This document shows positions 51,215 to 64,000 of a stretch of DNA of 64,000 nt, piece after piece. The stretch is taken from NCBI GenBank assembly GCA_038496445.1, contig JALMLS010000376.1:1-64000 (forward strand). Reading direction: 5' to 3'. The translations under genes were made by a program, and so were the position numbers. The notes under the pieces are model-generated. The model had not been told where the DNA came from. It saw nothing but the letters and a program-made list of their open reading frames with translations, and ran no database searches. How positions within the stretch are numbered: position 1 is the first letter of the stretch; every line of letters starts with the position of its first letter. The stretch is from Trichosphaerium sp. ATCC 40318 (Eukaryota; Protista; Tubulinea).

Positions 51215-52729
51215 ATGGATCACTTTCCAAGTCTTTTAAATTCAGGGAGCTTTCCAGCTGCACCTCCACCAGAATTCGTGGCCCTCAAACCCGCCACTAA
51301 TGCAAATACACAATGGGAACGTCAACTGTCGGCTTTACCATTCAACTCCAAACAAGGCAAAGAGATAAGAATACCGCTCACCCCACTACGTCCAATGGGC
51401 TACCACATTGAACGTAAAGTAGTCAAAAGCTCAGCAGGTCATTACAAAGTATGCGAAACACGCGAATTTCAGCTTCAAAACCCTGAAACAACAGAACAAA
51501 CCACAGAAAGCGAAGACGGTAACTTTAAGGATGTAAGCAAAGACATTACATTGACAACTCCAGAGTTTACAGTCGGGCAAACGATCAACGCAAACTTGGC
51601 AACAAACAAGATAAACTCTTCGTTCTACCTAAACATGGACGGTAGAGACGTATCATGTCCACAAAACCAGATGGAGCTCGATTTGGGTCTTGGAAGCTTC
51701 TTTGATGCTCCAACGGACTTTATGTTCAACGGGCAGCAAGGCGGTCGCCATGGTCCTCATTTCATGCCTGGTGGAGTCCCTCATGTTACTGCTATTCCAA
51801 GTAATAACTTCTTTTCTCCTCCATCCCAAAGAAGATTACTGCGTTCCTCGAGCGATTTTGAGCGTTCTGTTGCTGCTTCATCCCCAGATGGAAGTGATGC
51901 TCAGACCCTCAGGCACCGAGATATGCTTGCTGTTTGCGAAAAGAAAGAAAAGGAGCTAATAGAAGAGCTTGATAGGATACAAGCCAAAGTAGCTTATTTG
52001 AAGAAAGCGATCAGAAGACAAAATACACATATTTCTCCAGAGCAGCTAGCAAACAGAAAATCAAAGAAACTTAAACCAAACACATACGAAGCACTCTTTA
52101 GCAAAGTATGCGAGAATGGCGAATTCAAGGAGATGTATGTAAAGGCAGATCACCCAAAACCGTCAAGTATAAGCGAACTAGGTACGCTGGAAACAAGGGA
52201 AAAAACTTAAACCCATAAACGTGGGCCATAGTGGTTGAAAATTTTTTACCGTTTTTTTTTTCAATTAATACTCCTTTTATTCTTACACTTCTCCAGCTGG
52301 TATGATGTATTTTTTACTTGTAGAAAAGACTGCAAAGCGCCCACCACAAGTGGGGTTCTCTTTTCGGTCGTATTCTGACTCACATTATACATCAGTAAAC
52401 AGGCACGTGGTTTTTCTTTTTTCTTTTTTTGGTGTTTGGGTTGTTTTGAGGGTTTTTGAATAACAATATTAATGTAGGGACGATCCTATGATTTGTAAAG
52501 TAAAACAATGGCAAGCAGAGGATCCTATCAAACAATGGCGATTATACCACTTTTACAGAGGTAATAAAAGGTACGAGAAAGGAAAAACCATCCAATGGAA
52601 ATTGTTTTGTCTTCTGTTGTTCTGACGATTTTTTTTAGTACACGCAAACGAAGACGCGTTGCTGGAGATGATAACCTCGAAGAATCAAAATCTAGGAAGC
52701 TCAAGGCTAATTCATCACCAAATAATTAA
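51215..52729 (+). CDS. Hypothetical nuclear protein (coiled coil, basic NLS-like tail), possible transcription factor
   Basis: ~325-codon first exon, then three introns; ends TRKRRRV...NSSPNN*. Confidence 0.7.
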
Positions 52730-53081
52730 CCACTTGCTGTTGTTCATTATCACCTGCATAATGATGATATGAACCTGAGCATTATCCAAGAAAATAAAAA
52801 AATTGTAAAGTATTGTAATGATTTATCTGTAATAAAATAGTTGGCTCGTACATTCTATTAAATATTTGGGAAAACCGAACTTGGTTTTTATAACACACGA
52901 TTTCACACGCAATCTGCGTAACTACCTTAACCAAGTCTGACTTTCGCTGAATCTATTGATTGTGCAACACGTTTGGGCTACAGAATTTTCATGAAAATTC
53001 AGGAACGCATCGATTCAAGTAAATCAGGACTCCACTTTCCTTTTACGTAAACTTGTGTAGCACAAATATTTATTGAAGAGT

Positions 53082-56000
53082 TTAAATTGTTAAGTGATCA
53101 TACAACACTTTGTTCGCAAGTTCAGTAGCGCCAGAATGCTATAAAAAAATAAACAATCGAACCAAAGATTCTAGTAGTCGTACCTTGTAAATAAGATGTA
53201 AATTGAACGCAGCTTCCCTCTTGAGTACAACAATATCACGTTCATCATCCCAACTTAGTACCTAAAGTTGAAGAGTTAATTAAACGGCACAAGGAGTTTT
53301 GTGTCATGTACCCGTTGATACAAAGGAATAGCAAGGTGTAAAAGGCCAATCTGATGGAAAGCACGAGCTAGATTATAAGTACTCATGCTATCTCTACCAG
53401 ACAGCTCATAATATCGCATCAAAAAAGAGAACGCTTTCATTACCTTAAAACACCGTGTCAATCCAACAAAGAAAATTTTTTATGTAAAGGTACCTGATGT
53501 TGACGATCAGGAATACGTCTACTCATTACGGTCTGTAGATAGGTAACACCAAGTAGCATACTAATTAAAGGATCTTCTGGGCAAATCCTATAAGCTTGAA
53601 AATAACGTGCAAGTGCCAAGCCAAATGTCCCTGACATTAAAGAATGATGGCCAACCATAATCTATGTTCAAAAAGTCAATAAATTTTTAGCGTTGAGATT
53701 AAGAAAACGTACCTGTAAGGGCACCTGCGCATTTGGCATGTCTTTTGTGTGGTCCTCTAAAAGTCTTCTTACATGTCGTGCAGCGTTACCAAGGTGACCA
53801 AATCTGGCGTGAAATTATGTGAGTTTAACATAAACCATAAAAGCTTTCATTTTACCTTGCTTGTATAAAATAGAACATATTCCAAAGCGGCATAGACGTT
53901 GGATACTGTCTACATAGAACACGTATATGAACATTAGCAGCTTCGTAGTTTTTATTCTTTGTAGCAATCTCTTATAACAAGTAAGAAGAAGAAATCACAT
54001 AAAAAAAGAAAGGAACTTCAAAAAGAAAAAAACCCAACAAAAAAAAAAGTGAATGCTTCGTACTCGCTCCCAAAAATACAAGTTGATGATACAGAGGCTT
54101 TGACAAAGCCCTATGAGCGTATTCATTCCACTTACATACTTTAATCTAAAGGCAAGTGTTAGGACATGTTTTGTGTAGATTACTATGTACCATATCCTCT
54201 GTTATTGTATGTGCTCTATCATAACGTCCATAATAGAATAATGTCTTACCAACAGCCATACTTACTTCAAAAAAAGCTTCAATACCGATTATTTCAACGA
54301 ACGTTTTTCCTCTACGTCTTCTCCTTCTTCCTTTTTCTCCATCATCGCCTTCCTACATCAAAAAAACTCAGTAAGTACGAAAAGTATCAAGAAGAATTAA
54401 GAAAAAAGTAGGAACCTCGTTGTCAGTGTCACTTTCTTCGGCTGCAGCCTCAGCTCGTTTTCTCGCATCTAAAGCATCCCAGTAGTTTTCTTTGTGTCTC
54501 TTTCTTGAACATTGAGGTATCTCCAATATATCAGGGTTCGTTATAAGAGGTAGACATAGTTCCAAGAATCCTTCAAAGTCATGGGACTCATAAAGAATTA
54601 TACCTCTTTGTATGAGGATTTTATAATTCTTTTTATCTATTTCGTCACCTTCTTCTCTTTGAGAAAATTTCTCAAGTGGTTGCATAGCATCTTGGTAGTT
54701 ACCAAGTCCTCTAAATTGTTCAAAAAATCAGTTTTAACTAACATCAGCTTAACGGTTGCCTGTGGACGTACCTATGTAACCGAGATAGTTCAATACAAGC
54801 TTCAACATGTTGAGGAATAGCAGCAACAACTAAATAATTGTTAGGTTACGCATTTTTTTTTTTCCCACATTCATTCAGTTTTTCGAACCTTTTTTGTAGT
54901 ACATTATTGCATCTTCTGTTCCACCCAAAGATTTGCAACACTTTCCTAACTTTAGCCACACTTCTGCGTCATTGTACTCAGGATACGTTTGGATAGCTAA
55001 GAAATAAGACAAAGCGCTCTCGTAGTCCTCAACCTAAGATAACCTGTCAAAAAAATATGACTCTCGATTTTTTTGTTTATCATTCATAAGACGTACAGCA
55101 AAGCAAGCTTCCGCTACATTATAATACAAATCTAATCATGTAAGTACAAATCCTATAAATCGTTGATGCATTGCACACCCAAATAGTCTTCTTTTGGATA
55201 TTTTTGAAGTTGATCAAAACTTTCCTAAACATGAAATGAGACATTCAAAACACAGCTTTTCTTCATTTTTTGCTTGCAAAGGAGTACTATAACTTTCAAA
55301 TGCTGGTACCTTAGCTTGAGTATGATTCATCAAATAGGTCTGACAAATGCCATAATTTACCGTCAAGTCTATCGGTACATTGTTGCGCCGAGATCTTTGT
55401 TTTTGTATCAACGCTGCAGCGCGTTCAAAATCGCCGATATTCATATACAACTCCGCTAACAAACATTGTTAATATCTCATACACTCAATAGGTAATCAAA
55501 GTCTACGTACCAAGTAGATTTACTAAGTGAAAGAGCTCAGATCCTTGATCATCACCAATACGTTCTAACGTTTCACGTAACGTTCTAAATGCATCATCAT
55601 GGCGACCCATCACAAAATACAACCTCCCTAGCTCTTGATAAAGATTTGTATCACTTGGGAATTGCTTTATCAACATCTAAAACAAAACGAATGTCAAACA
55701 AACATTTTCTCAAACAAAAAAATTATATCATGATGTATTATAAGGTTCTCTTACTTGTAACCCTTCAAGCGCTTTCTTGTGCTTGTTTGTGTTTATGTAT
55801 AAAGATGTTCTATCTTTAAGTGTATCCCAATCCTTCTCATTCTTTTTGAGAACCTAGAGACGATCATTAGATCTAACCTCAGAACGCAAAGATTGTTACC
55901 TTAGAGTATGCATCAGCTGCTTGTTTTACATCTCCTATGTCTCTCGCCAAGTCACCTATACGTTTCCACATCTCAATGGTTGCCCTCTTTGGAGCAAAAG

Positions 56001-56646
56001 AGGTTCCTAGTACAAAGAAGTCCAACTGAAGCAAATGTTAACATGCGATTAAAAATAACAGACAATGTGTCGTACGGCTTTCTTCTTGTCATTCATCTCT
56101 TCATAGATTTCTCCCAATGTGAAATAAGGATCATCTGTACGCGGTTGTTGTTGTATAATCTTTAAAAGTATATCAACTGCCTTTTGTAAAGCATTAGAAT
56201 TAATGTAAATCGTCATTCGTTGTTACCTGCGCATACTCTTTTTCAACAAAATGCATTGTGGCTACGCCCATCATGCGTGCTAAGTGTGGTGCCAGTTTTG
56301 AGGCGCCAGCACGTTTTTTAGGCTGGTTTGTTAGTATTTAATTTTGTATAGCGAAGAATACCTTTTTACGGCCTACTGGTACTAACTCACGCGCAATGTC
56401 ATCAAAGCCAGGCCCATAAGCGAATTTTCGTTTTTGGCTACAATTAACGTTACAAATCACGGTTGCGAGCGTAGTAGTACCCAGTTAGGGCATCATTTTC
56501 ATCATCTAAATCACTGTCGCTGTCAAATTCAATAGCAATGAAGTTTGAGTCTATTTACGCATAAGAGACGCTTATAAGATGTAATTACCGAGTAGTTCGT
56601 CGTCTGAATCTGATAAAATGTCTTTTGTGGCGGGAGTACCCAACAT
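53082..56646 (-). CDS. GTF3C3: TFIIIC TPR subunit (Tfc4)
   Basis: TPRs; YNLARAFHQIGLLHLAIPLY; LKREAAFNLHLIY..SG...LA. Confidence 0.93.
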
Positions 56647-57090
56647 TGTGGCGGGGTAAAACCGCTATTTGCTGGCGCGTTATGTGGTAGCGTATTTAAC
56701 AGAAAATAACGAAGTGTTTTTCTAGCCGCAGTCTTGTAAAAAAATCGTTTTACCACCCTTGAATTGATGTGCACGCAGCTCATTGTATTCATTTACATAA
56801 CATCAAAAGTGAAATTGGCAATAAATTCACCAAATACATACAACAAGTACTTCAAGCCGTAGTTTCAAAGGCACAAGAAAGGAGAAAACGTTCATTATTG
56901 ACTCCTGAAATATTCAGTTCATTGACTTGATTTTGTGTAACAGTAAAGAACAGTGCATAACTCCTAAACTCTGTATGTGACTCTTCGCTTGAATGTTCCT
57001 TTCGTGGTTTTTGAGGAGTTAAAAGAAAGTTCAAACTACTTTTTCCATCCTTTTTTTCCCTTTTTAGGTCATAATTTACAAACACCAAAG

Positions 57091-58345
<1,255 letters not shown>

Positions 58346-58629
58346 ATGTTAAATAAAATATTTACCAAGATATAAAAATTGTATTAGTTTATCTATTCTC
58401 TAGACGCTTTTCCGTGCATTGTTATTTACCACGGAAAAAATCTATTTGGTAGTTTTTAGATGTGTGACATTTTTATATCACGTGAAAGTTCGAGTTTGAT
58501 TCACACTCTCCGTGAACGTGCTCATTTTTTCTCTTAGACATATCATTGCGTGCACAGTCGTGATTTTCGTGGCAGGCGCATGTAAGTCATGTGGACTTCA
58601 TTCTGCCAGGAAATTCACGACAGCACGTC

Positions 58630-60667
58630 ATGGAATATCTTGAACGTGTACTGATTCAACCAGCAAAAAAATGGCCTCAGCAAACAATTACCTACGGTTC
58701 GTAGTACCTTACTTTCTAACTAACAAAGGCTGATTTTCAAAGGCAATACAACATTGACGTATTCTGAGCTTCATCGGAAGTCTCTACTTCTAGCTGGCGC
58801 ACTACAATCGCGTGGTATAAAGCGAGGGGATTTACTACTATCCAATGCGTTTCACGCTATAACAAACTTACTATGGGGCTTTGCAGCCAAGTATCTTGGC
58901 GCTCAAGTACTGGATGGTACGATGATTATTCACAAAACCATTTCTAACCTTTTGGCTAAAAGTGGGCTTGTTCCCACTCGATCAAATATCTGCCCTGTGT
59001 TCCCTTCATAAACTCAAAATATGCGCTATTATTTCAAAAGAAGAAATACTCCCACTAAAGCTGTGCCCACGTGATCGTACTTTTCTTCCTTGCGGCGAAA
59101 CAGGTACTTTCTGATGCTTTTTTTCAAGCTACTTTTAGTTCTGATCCATAAGTAGGCGACCTTTTGAGTGTTGATGCATTAATAAGCGAGAACAAACCAT
59201 ATACTCAAGTTGAAATGGATCTAGGTGATCCCTATTTGTTATTAACGTCATCAGGAACTACCGGAGTCCCAAAGATTATCGTTCATAATGCCAAAACTTT
59301 ACTCCACTATTGGTTGGCTTCTGACACCAAGCATGGTCCCGAAGGTACGCAATTAGATCAACAATGATATCAACTATAACAAAATGTAGACACTGAACTT
59401 ATCTGCATACCTATGGCTGCTCCGTCATCTCTTGGGTTGGCCATGATTAGTCTAACCTCGGGAAGCAAAATAGTCTGTGCCGAAAATTGGAAAGAGGTAT
59501 TCGCGTCACCTGCTTATTAAGTCTTATAACTACTAGGCACGTGCTTGTATGTCGCTAGTACAGAAACATAAAATCACACGGTAAATTGAGACAAAGGCTT
59601 GCACACGCTAACGTCTCTTGTGTAGGATGGTGGCATTTGCTCATTTTATAACGTTTCTACTTGATGACGAAGAACACGATTTTACTTCTTTAACTAACGT
59701 TGGCATTGCTGGTATTAAAATAACTCAATCATTAATGAGTAAAGTAAGTAGGGTTTGTTTTGTCAAGCTATTTACTTTGAGAATAGTTAATTAAAAAGTT
59801 TCCCAATATCAAATTCACCCAAGCATATGGCATGACAGAGTGTTTTCTAATTGCAACAACAGTCATAGAAAGTGCTGATACCGGTGAAGCGATGAAACCA
59901 TTCCCTTTCGTATCGCTAGAAGTACGTGATAATACTGGAAAGGCTCTTAAGGACGGAGGCAAGTTTGTTTTTTCAAAAGAAAAAGCAACATTAAAACACA
60001 GCACTCTTTTCTAACAGAATCTTGGTAGAAATTGGTGTTGTGTGGTTAAAGACAGATTACATGTGTAAAGAGATTCTGCATAGAAAAGAGCCTCTTCTTA
60101 AAGATGGATGGTAAGATTTATTGTTGTCTCCGATAGACCTAAACTAACACAACTTTAGGTTCTATACAGGGGATATAGGCTACATGAAGGATGGTCGTAT
60201 TATACTTCAAGGAAGGAGAGGGGTAACTGATCATTTATCCGTTTGATACATACATATTGACACTGTACAGGACCTCATTTTTTGCATACACGGTCCCAAG
60301 ATCACCGCCACTGAAATTGAGGAAAAGATGTCACAGCTTGAAGGCATTCATACAACAGTGGCATTTGGTGTTCCTGCCATCTCAGTACGTATTGTGAAGT
60401 CCTAGTAAATGAGCATGATCTTAATGATTATAGCTTGGTGAAGAGATTTGCCTTGCATACAAGTTGAAGAAAGGGTCGTCCGTAACACTGGAGCAAATAG
60501 TAGAGCACTTTGAAAAATGCTTTCCTATTCAAGTTACACCACCAAAAGAACATTTCATGGAAGTTGAAGAATTCCCATTAACACGTGGTAAAATAAAGAA
60601 AGCAGCTGTAAGAGATAAGATAAAGAAGCAACTAACACTGTCTGATGATCAACTAAGCAGATGGTAG
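58630..60667 (+). CDS. AMP-binding acyl-CoA synthetase / 4CL-like
   Basis: TSSGTTGVPK, QAYGMTE, WFYTGDIG, EIEE. Start uncertain. Confidence 0.9.
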
Positions 60668-60689
60668 AAAGTCATACAATAAACACAAA

Positions 60690-62415
60690 TCACAACACTA
60701 AATTGTTTAAATCCAACATTTCTTTTATGACTTCTTGACTTGTCACCAACAAACTACGACTGAAACTCTTTATATTTTTCAGAACATCTTCTATCACCAT
60801 TGATATTGTAATAATACTAACACAAAGAATGATAAAAAAGAACTGGTGTAGCGTCAGCACAATGAACAATTGATTTTAGTGTACAGAATTTTATTGACAA
60901 ACATACAAGCTTACTAATCTATTACCTTCGAGCTCGTTAAGATTTTCTATAACTTAGCATATAACGCTTGTAGCATTTTTGCAATAAACTTTGGAATATC
61001 CTTTTCTTTTAGGAATATTTGATTACGAATATAATCAGGTACTAATAATTCATCGTCATTATCATCATTTCCAAAAGAAATATTGGTAGGTTTATACTCA
61101 ACATGATCATCTTCTAATCCGAAAGAGATCTCAAACGATACCTCTAATAGAAAATTTTAATAAGGTCATTTTGTTGGCAGGTGTCAAACAACGAAAAAAC
61201 CAAAATATAAGTAAAAAAAAAACCAAAGAAGTAGGTTTAACTTTTTGTTAAGTTACTACGTTCTTTTGTTTGATGACGCTCTGTTATGAAAAAAAAAAGT
61301 GATTTCTACGCACCTCGGCCCATTTCCTTATTCTGACAAGTACAAGCAATTACACCGTCTTCAAGTGGGTTGACAACGAGGATTTCATTCCAAAATTGTT
61401 CCTTCCTCGTTTGCAATTCGACATCTTTGTCTGAAGTACTTTCTTCAGGTGCCTTTTCACTAATTGTAGCTTTTTCTTTCAAAAAAGACACATTGTCGCC
61501 GATAGTTGATAACTGTGTAAATACTTTCTCATCTACGTCAAAGAATGAGCAACTGGGGTTTTCATCAAATTGAATAAAAAAAAAACTTTTTGGGAATACG
61601 CAAATATTGAGACGTACACATGCTATCCATGCGTGTATTCTCCTTCTCGTCTTTCTCTTCAAGTTTTACTTTAAGCTCACGCCTCTTTTCGCACTCCTCT
61701 TCAAGTTGTGTATTCAAATCATCGTTTTTCTTTTCAAGTTTCTTATACTTGTTCTTTAAGACTGTAAATGATTCTTCTATATCTCCAGATGATTCCATAA
61801 TACTACGTTGTTGTTCGAAGCACTTATGAAGCTTTTCGTACTTCCCTGCGTCTTTTTTCAGTTTTGCTGTTAACGTGTCATTGCTCGCTTTCAAAGTTTT
61901 GTTGGAGGCGGTCAAGGACTTGTTCTCTGTAGACAGGGATTTGTTGGTGCTCGTAAGCTGTTTGTTCTCGCTCTTGGCACTCTTTAATTGCGCTTCAATT
62001 TTTTCAAGTTTCGCTTTGAGTGTATTGTAATCGGCTTTAGACTGTGATAGCTCTTCTTGAGCTATAGAGAATTTTTTTAGTGTCGGTTAAACGATTTTGT
62101 AGGTACTAACCTTTTAAAAGGGCTGCTTCACTCTCACGCGCTACCTCTCGTATGTTCAGTGCTTTTGTCTGCGTATGTAAGTACTAAGAAGCCAATTGAA
62201 GTAATTTACCTTCAGCTTTGAGTATTTTTCTTTGTAGTCGTTTCCTTTGTCTCCTGTACGCGCACGTTTGCTTGAGCCGTTTTGCTCATTCTCATCATTG
62301 TAATGACGTTTTCTTGATTTGCTCTAACGGTTTTTATTAACACTTAGTCTCTTTATTTATCGCGTACACTATTAAGCGTTTTAGAATAGTCTGGGAAATG
62401 CTTGGTCTTGGACAT
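60690..62415 (-). CDS. Coiled-coil hypothetical protein
   Basis: Heptad repeats (LTSTNKSLSTENKSLTASNKTLKASN) in spliceable exons. Confidence 0.65.
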
Positions 62416-62532
62416 TGCGCGGGAAATACGTATTTGAAAAAAACACGACTTTACTTTGACTTTTTTTTTTCTTTGTAGAAAATGAGGCTGCGTAGATCAC
62501 TTTTTTAATATTACAACGTCACTCATTTACTA

Positions 62533-64000
62533 TTATGATGACTGCAAGCTATTTAACTGTTTTTGTAGTTCTTTTTGCTTCATGTTACTCTTTGCAATGA
62601 CAACGTAGAGATTATCTCTAGCTTTTTCAAGCTGTTTATATTTTGCTTCCCATTCGGCTATAGCCTTGTCTTTGACATCCAATTGTTCTCGCAATTGCTT
62701 TACGTCATCGCTAGATTCTGGTGCATGGCTGGTTCCGTTTTGCTGACCATTGAACTACACAAATGTGAGGAGGAATAAAAAGATAAGGTAACAAAAAAAT
62801 TTGTAAAAAAGCGTACATTTGCTTGAAGTTTTTGTGCTTTTAGAATATCCATTTCTCTCTTTACTGAGAACAACTCAGCTTCCAAGGTTGTGATTTTTGT
62901 ATTAAGTGCAATTTTATCTTTCATGAGTATCTGAACACGTGGATCAGTGCCATTCTGTGTTCCCTTCGAAAAAAAAATTAGACATGTAGCGATGGTGGAG
63001 TTCTTTTGTACCGAGCTTGTTTGTGATTGTTCCAAAGCCTTGTTCTTGGCTTTCAAATCCTCTATTTGCTTCAATAGCTGAGCCTTTTCTCTTTTTATTT
63101 TAGAAAGTTCTTCGTCTTGATCTCTAATGATTTTCTTATAAGGAGCAACCATGTCAAAATTTTGAGAACTTGAAGATCTAAAAGCATAAAAACATTAGTA
63201 CTTCAAGCTAAACAGTTATAACATACGCCCCAGCCTCTTGTTTTTGCGGTGCATCGTAATGGTGTGGTTGTCTCCCAAGTTTTGCCAATGTACTATCTAC
63301 ACAGGAGTTTAGAACAAACGTGTATGAACAAGAGGAAGAAGGAGAAAAAAAAGAGAAAACATACCATAAACTACATTAAACAAATCCGTAAAGTAGCTAT
63401 CGTAAAAAATCATCTTTGTTTCGTCTTGATTCTGTAATACAACCTATAAAATAGCCAGTATTGAGCAAATAATTTGTATTTAATAGCGGTACATACCTTG
63501 CCTTGTTCTGCATTTATAAAGTCTTCGCTTTTTTTTAAATGCTCAAGTTTACCAGCAAAGATATCCTTGCCAATCTTATTCAACACAATCGAACGAACGC
63601 GCTCTCTGAATACAGTAAGCACAATCACATCAAATTCTTTTACGTACCCATCTGTTGCACCAAGGCAAATCGCCAAAATAAGGGCACTAAGGCCAGTGAC
63701 ATGAAAATTTCCAGAGAGTTGTGTTACGGTATTTACAAGCTAGAAAACAACCCCATCAGAATATGTGTCTCATAAAAAGAATCAACGTACGAATGTTATG
63801 TTGGCTGAACTTTGAAGGAACGATGCTTTGACCTCTTCACAGTCATGTAGCCATGTACAAAGTAACCGAAGTAAGCCCTAATAGATAAAAAATGAGCAAT
63901 TGGTGGTTGACAAGCAACAAAAGAAAAAGGAAAGTAAAAAGGGAGCGTACAATTTGTATTTGGAGATGGACTTGTTGTTTTACTGCTTGTATTAGTGCCT
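62533..64000 (-). CDS. USO1: USO1/p115 vesicle tether, 3' part (runs off the window)
   Basis: LLRLLCTWLHDC...FL...ANITF, VTGLSALILAIC, KIGKDIF..KL, followed by coiled coil. Confidence 0.8.

Overview
Eukaryotic nuclear DNA from a compact, AT-rich, intron-dense protist genome using the standard genetic code. The lineage cannot be fixed from sequence alone; an amoebozoan-like long-branch organism is a tentative guess. Bases ~70-7137 hold one very divergent rDNA unit on the minus strand (28S, ITS2, 5.8S, ITS1 and a ~2.65 kb 18S) with GC-rich cores and AT-rich insertions. About 3.1 kb of 5'ETS/spacer follows, containing an array of covarying hairpin repeats. From 10270 to the end about 22 protein genes are tightly packed, with introns mostly ~40-60 nt: an ankyrin-Clu-TPR protein, TFIIH p52, a PH-LRR protein, PIP kinase, fucosyltransferase, CTC1, ARH, an SR protein, a MORN/F-box/Tudor fusion, a WH2 protein, SLC25A39/40, ArfGAP, NUBP2, DCTN2, BUB3, DNAJC25, GTF3C3, cathepsin L, acyl-CoA synthetase, USO1 and several hypotheticals. 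The most notable observations are: (1) a splice-donor code centred on +4C/+5G/+6T with frequent GC-AG introns (four in one gene), (2) a 3-nt micro-exon, (3) the hairpin array upstream of 18S, and (4) an rRNA that mismatches standard V4 survey primers. Gene models were spliced by eye, and family assignments come from recalled motifs, not database searches.
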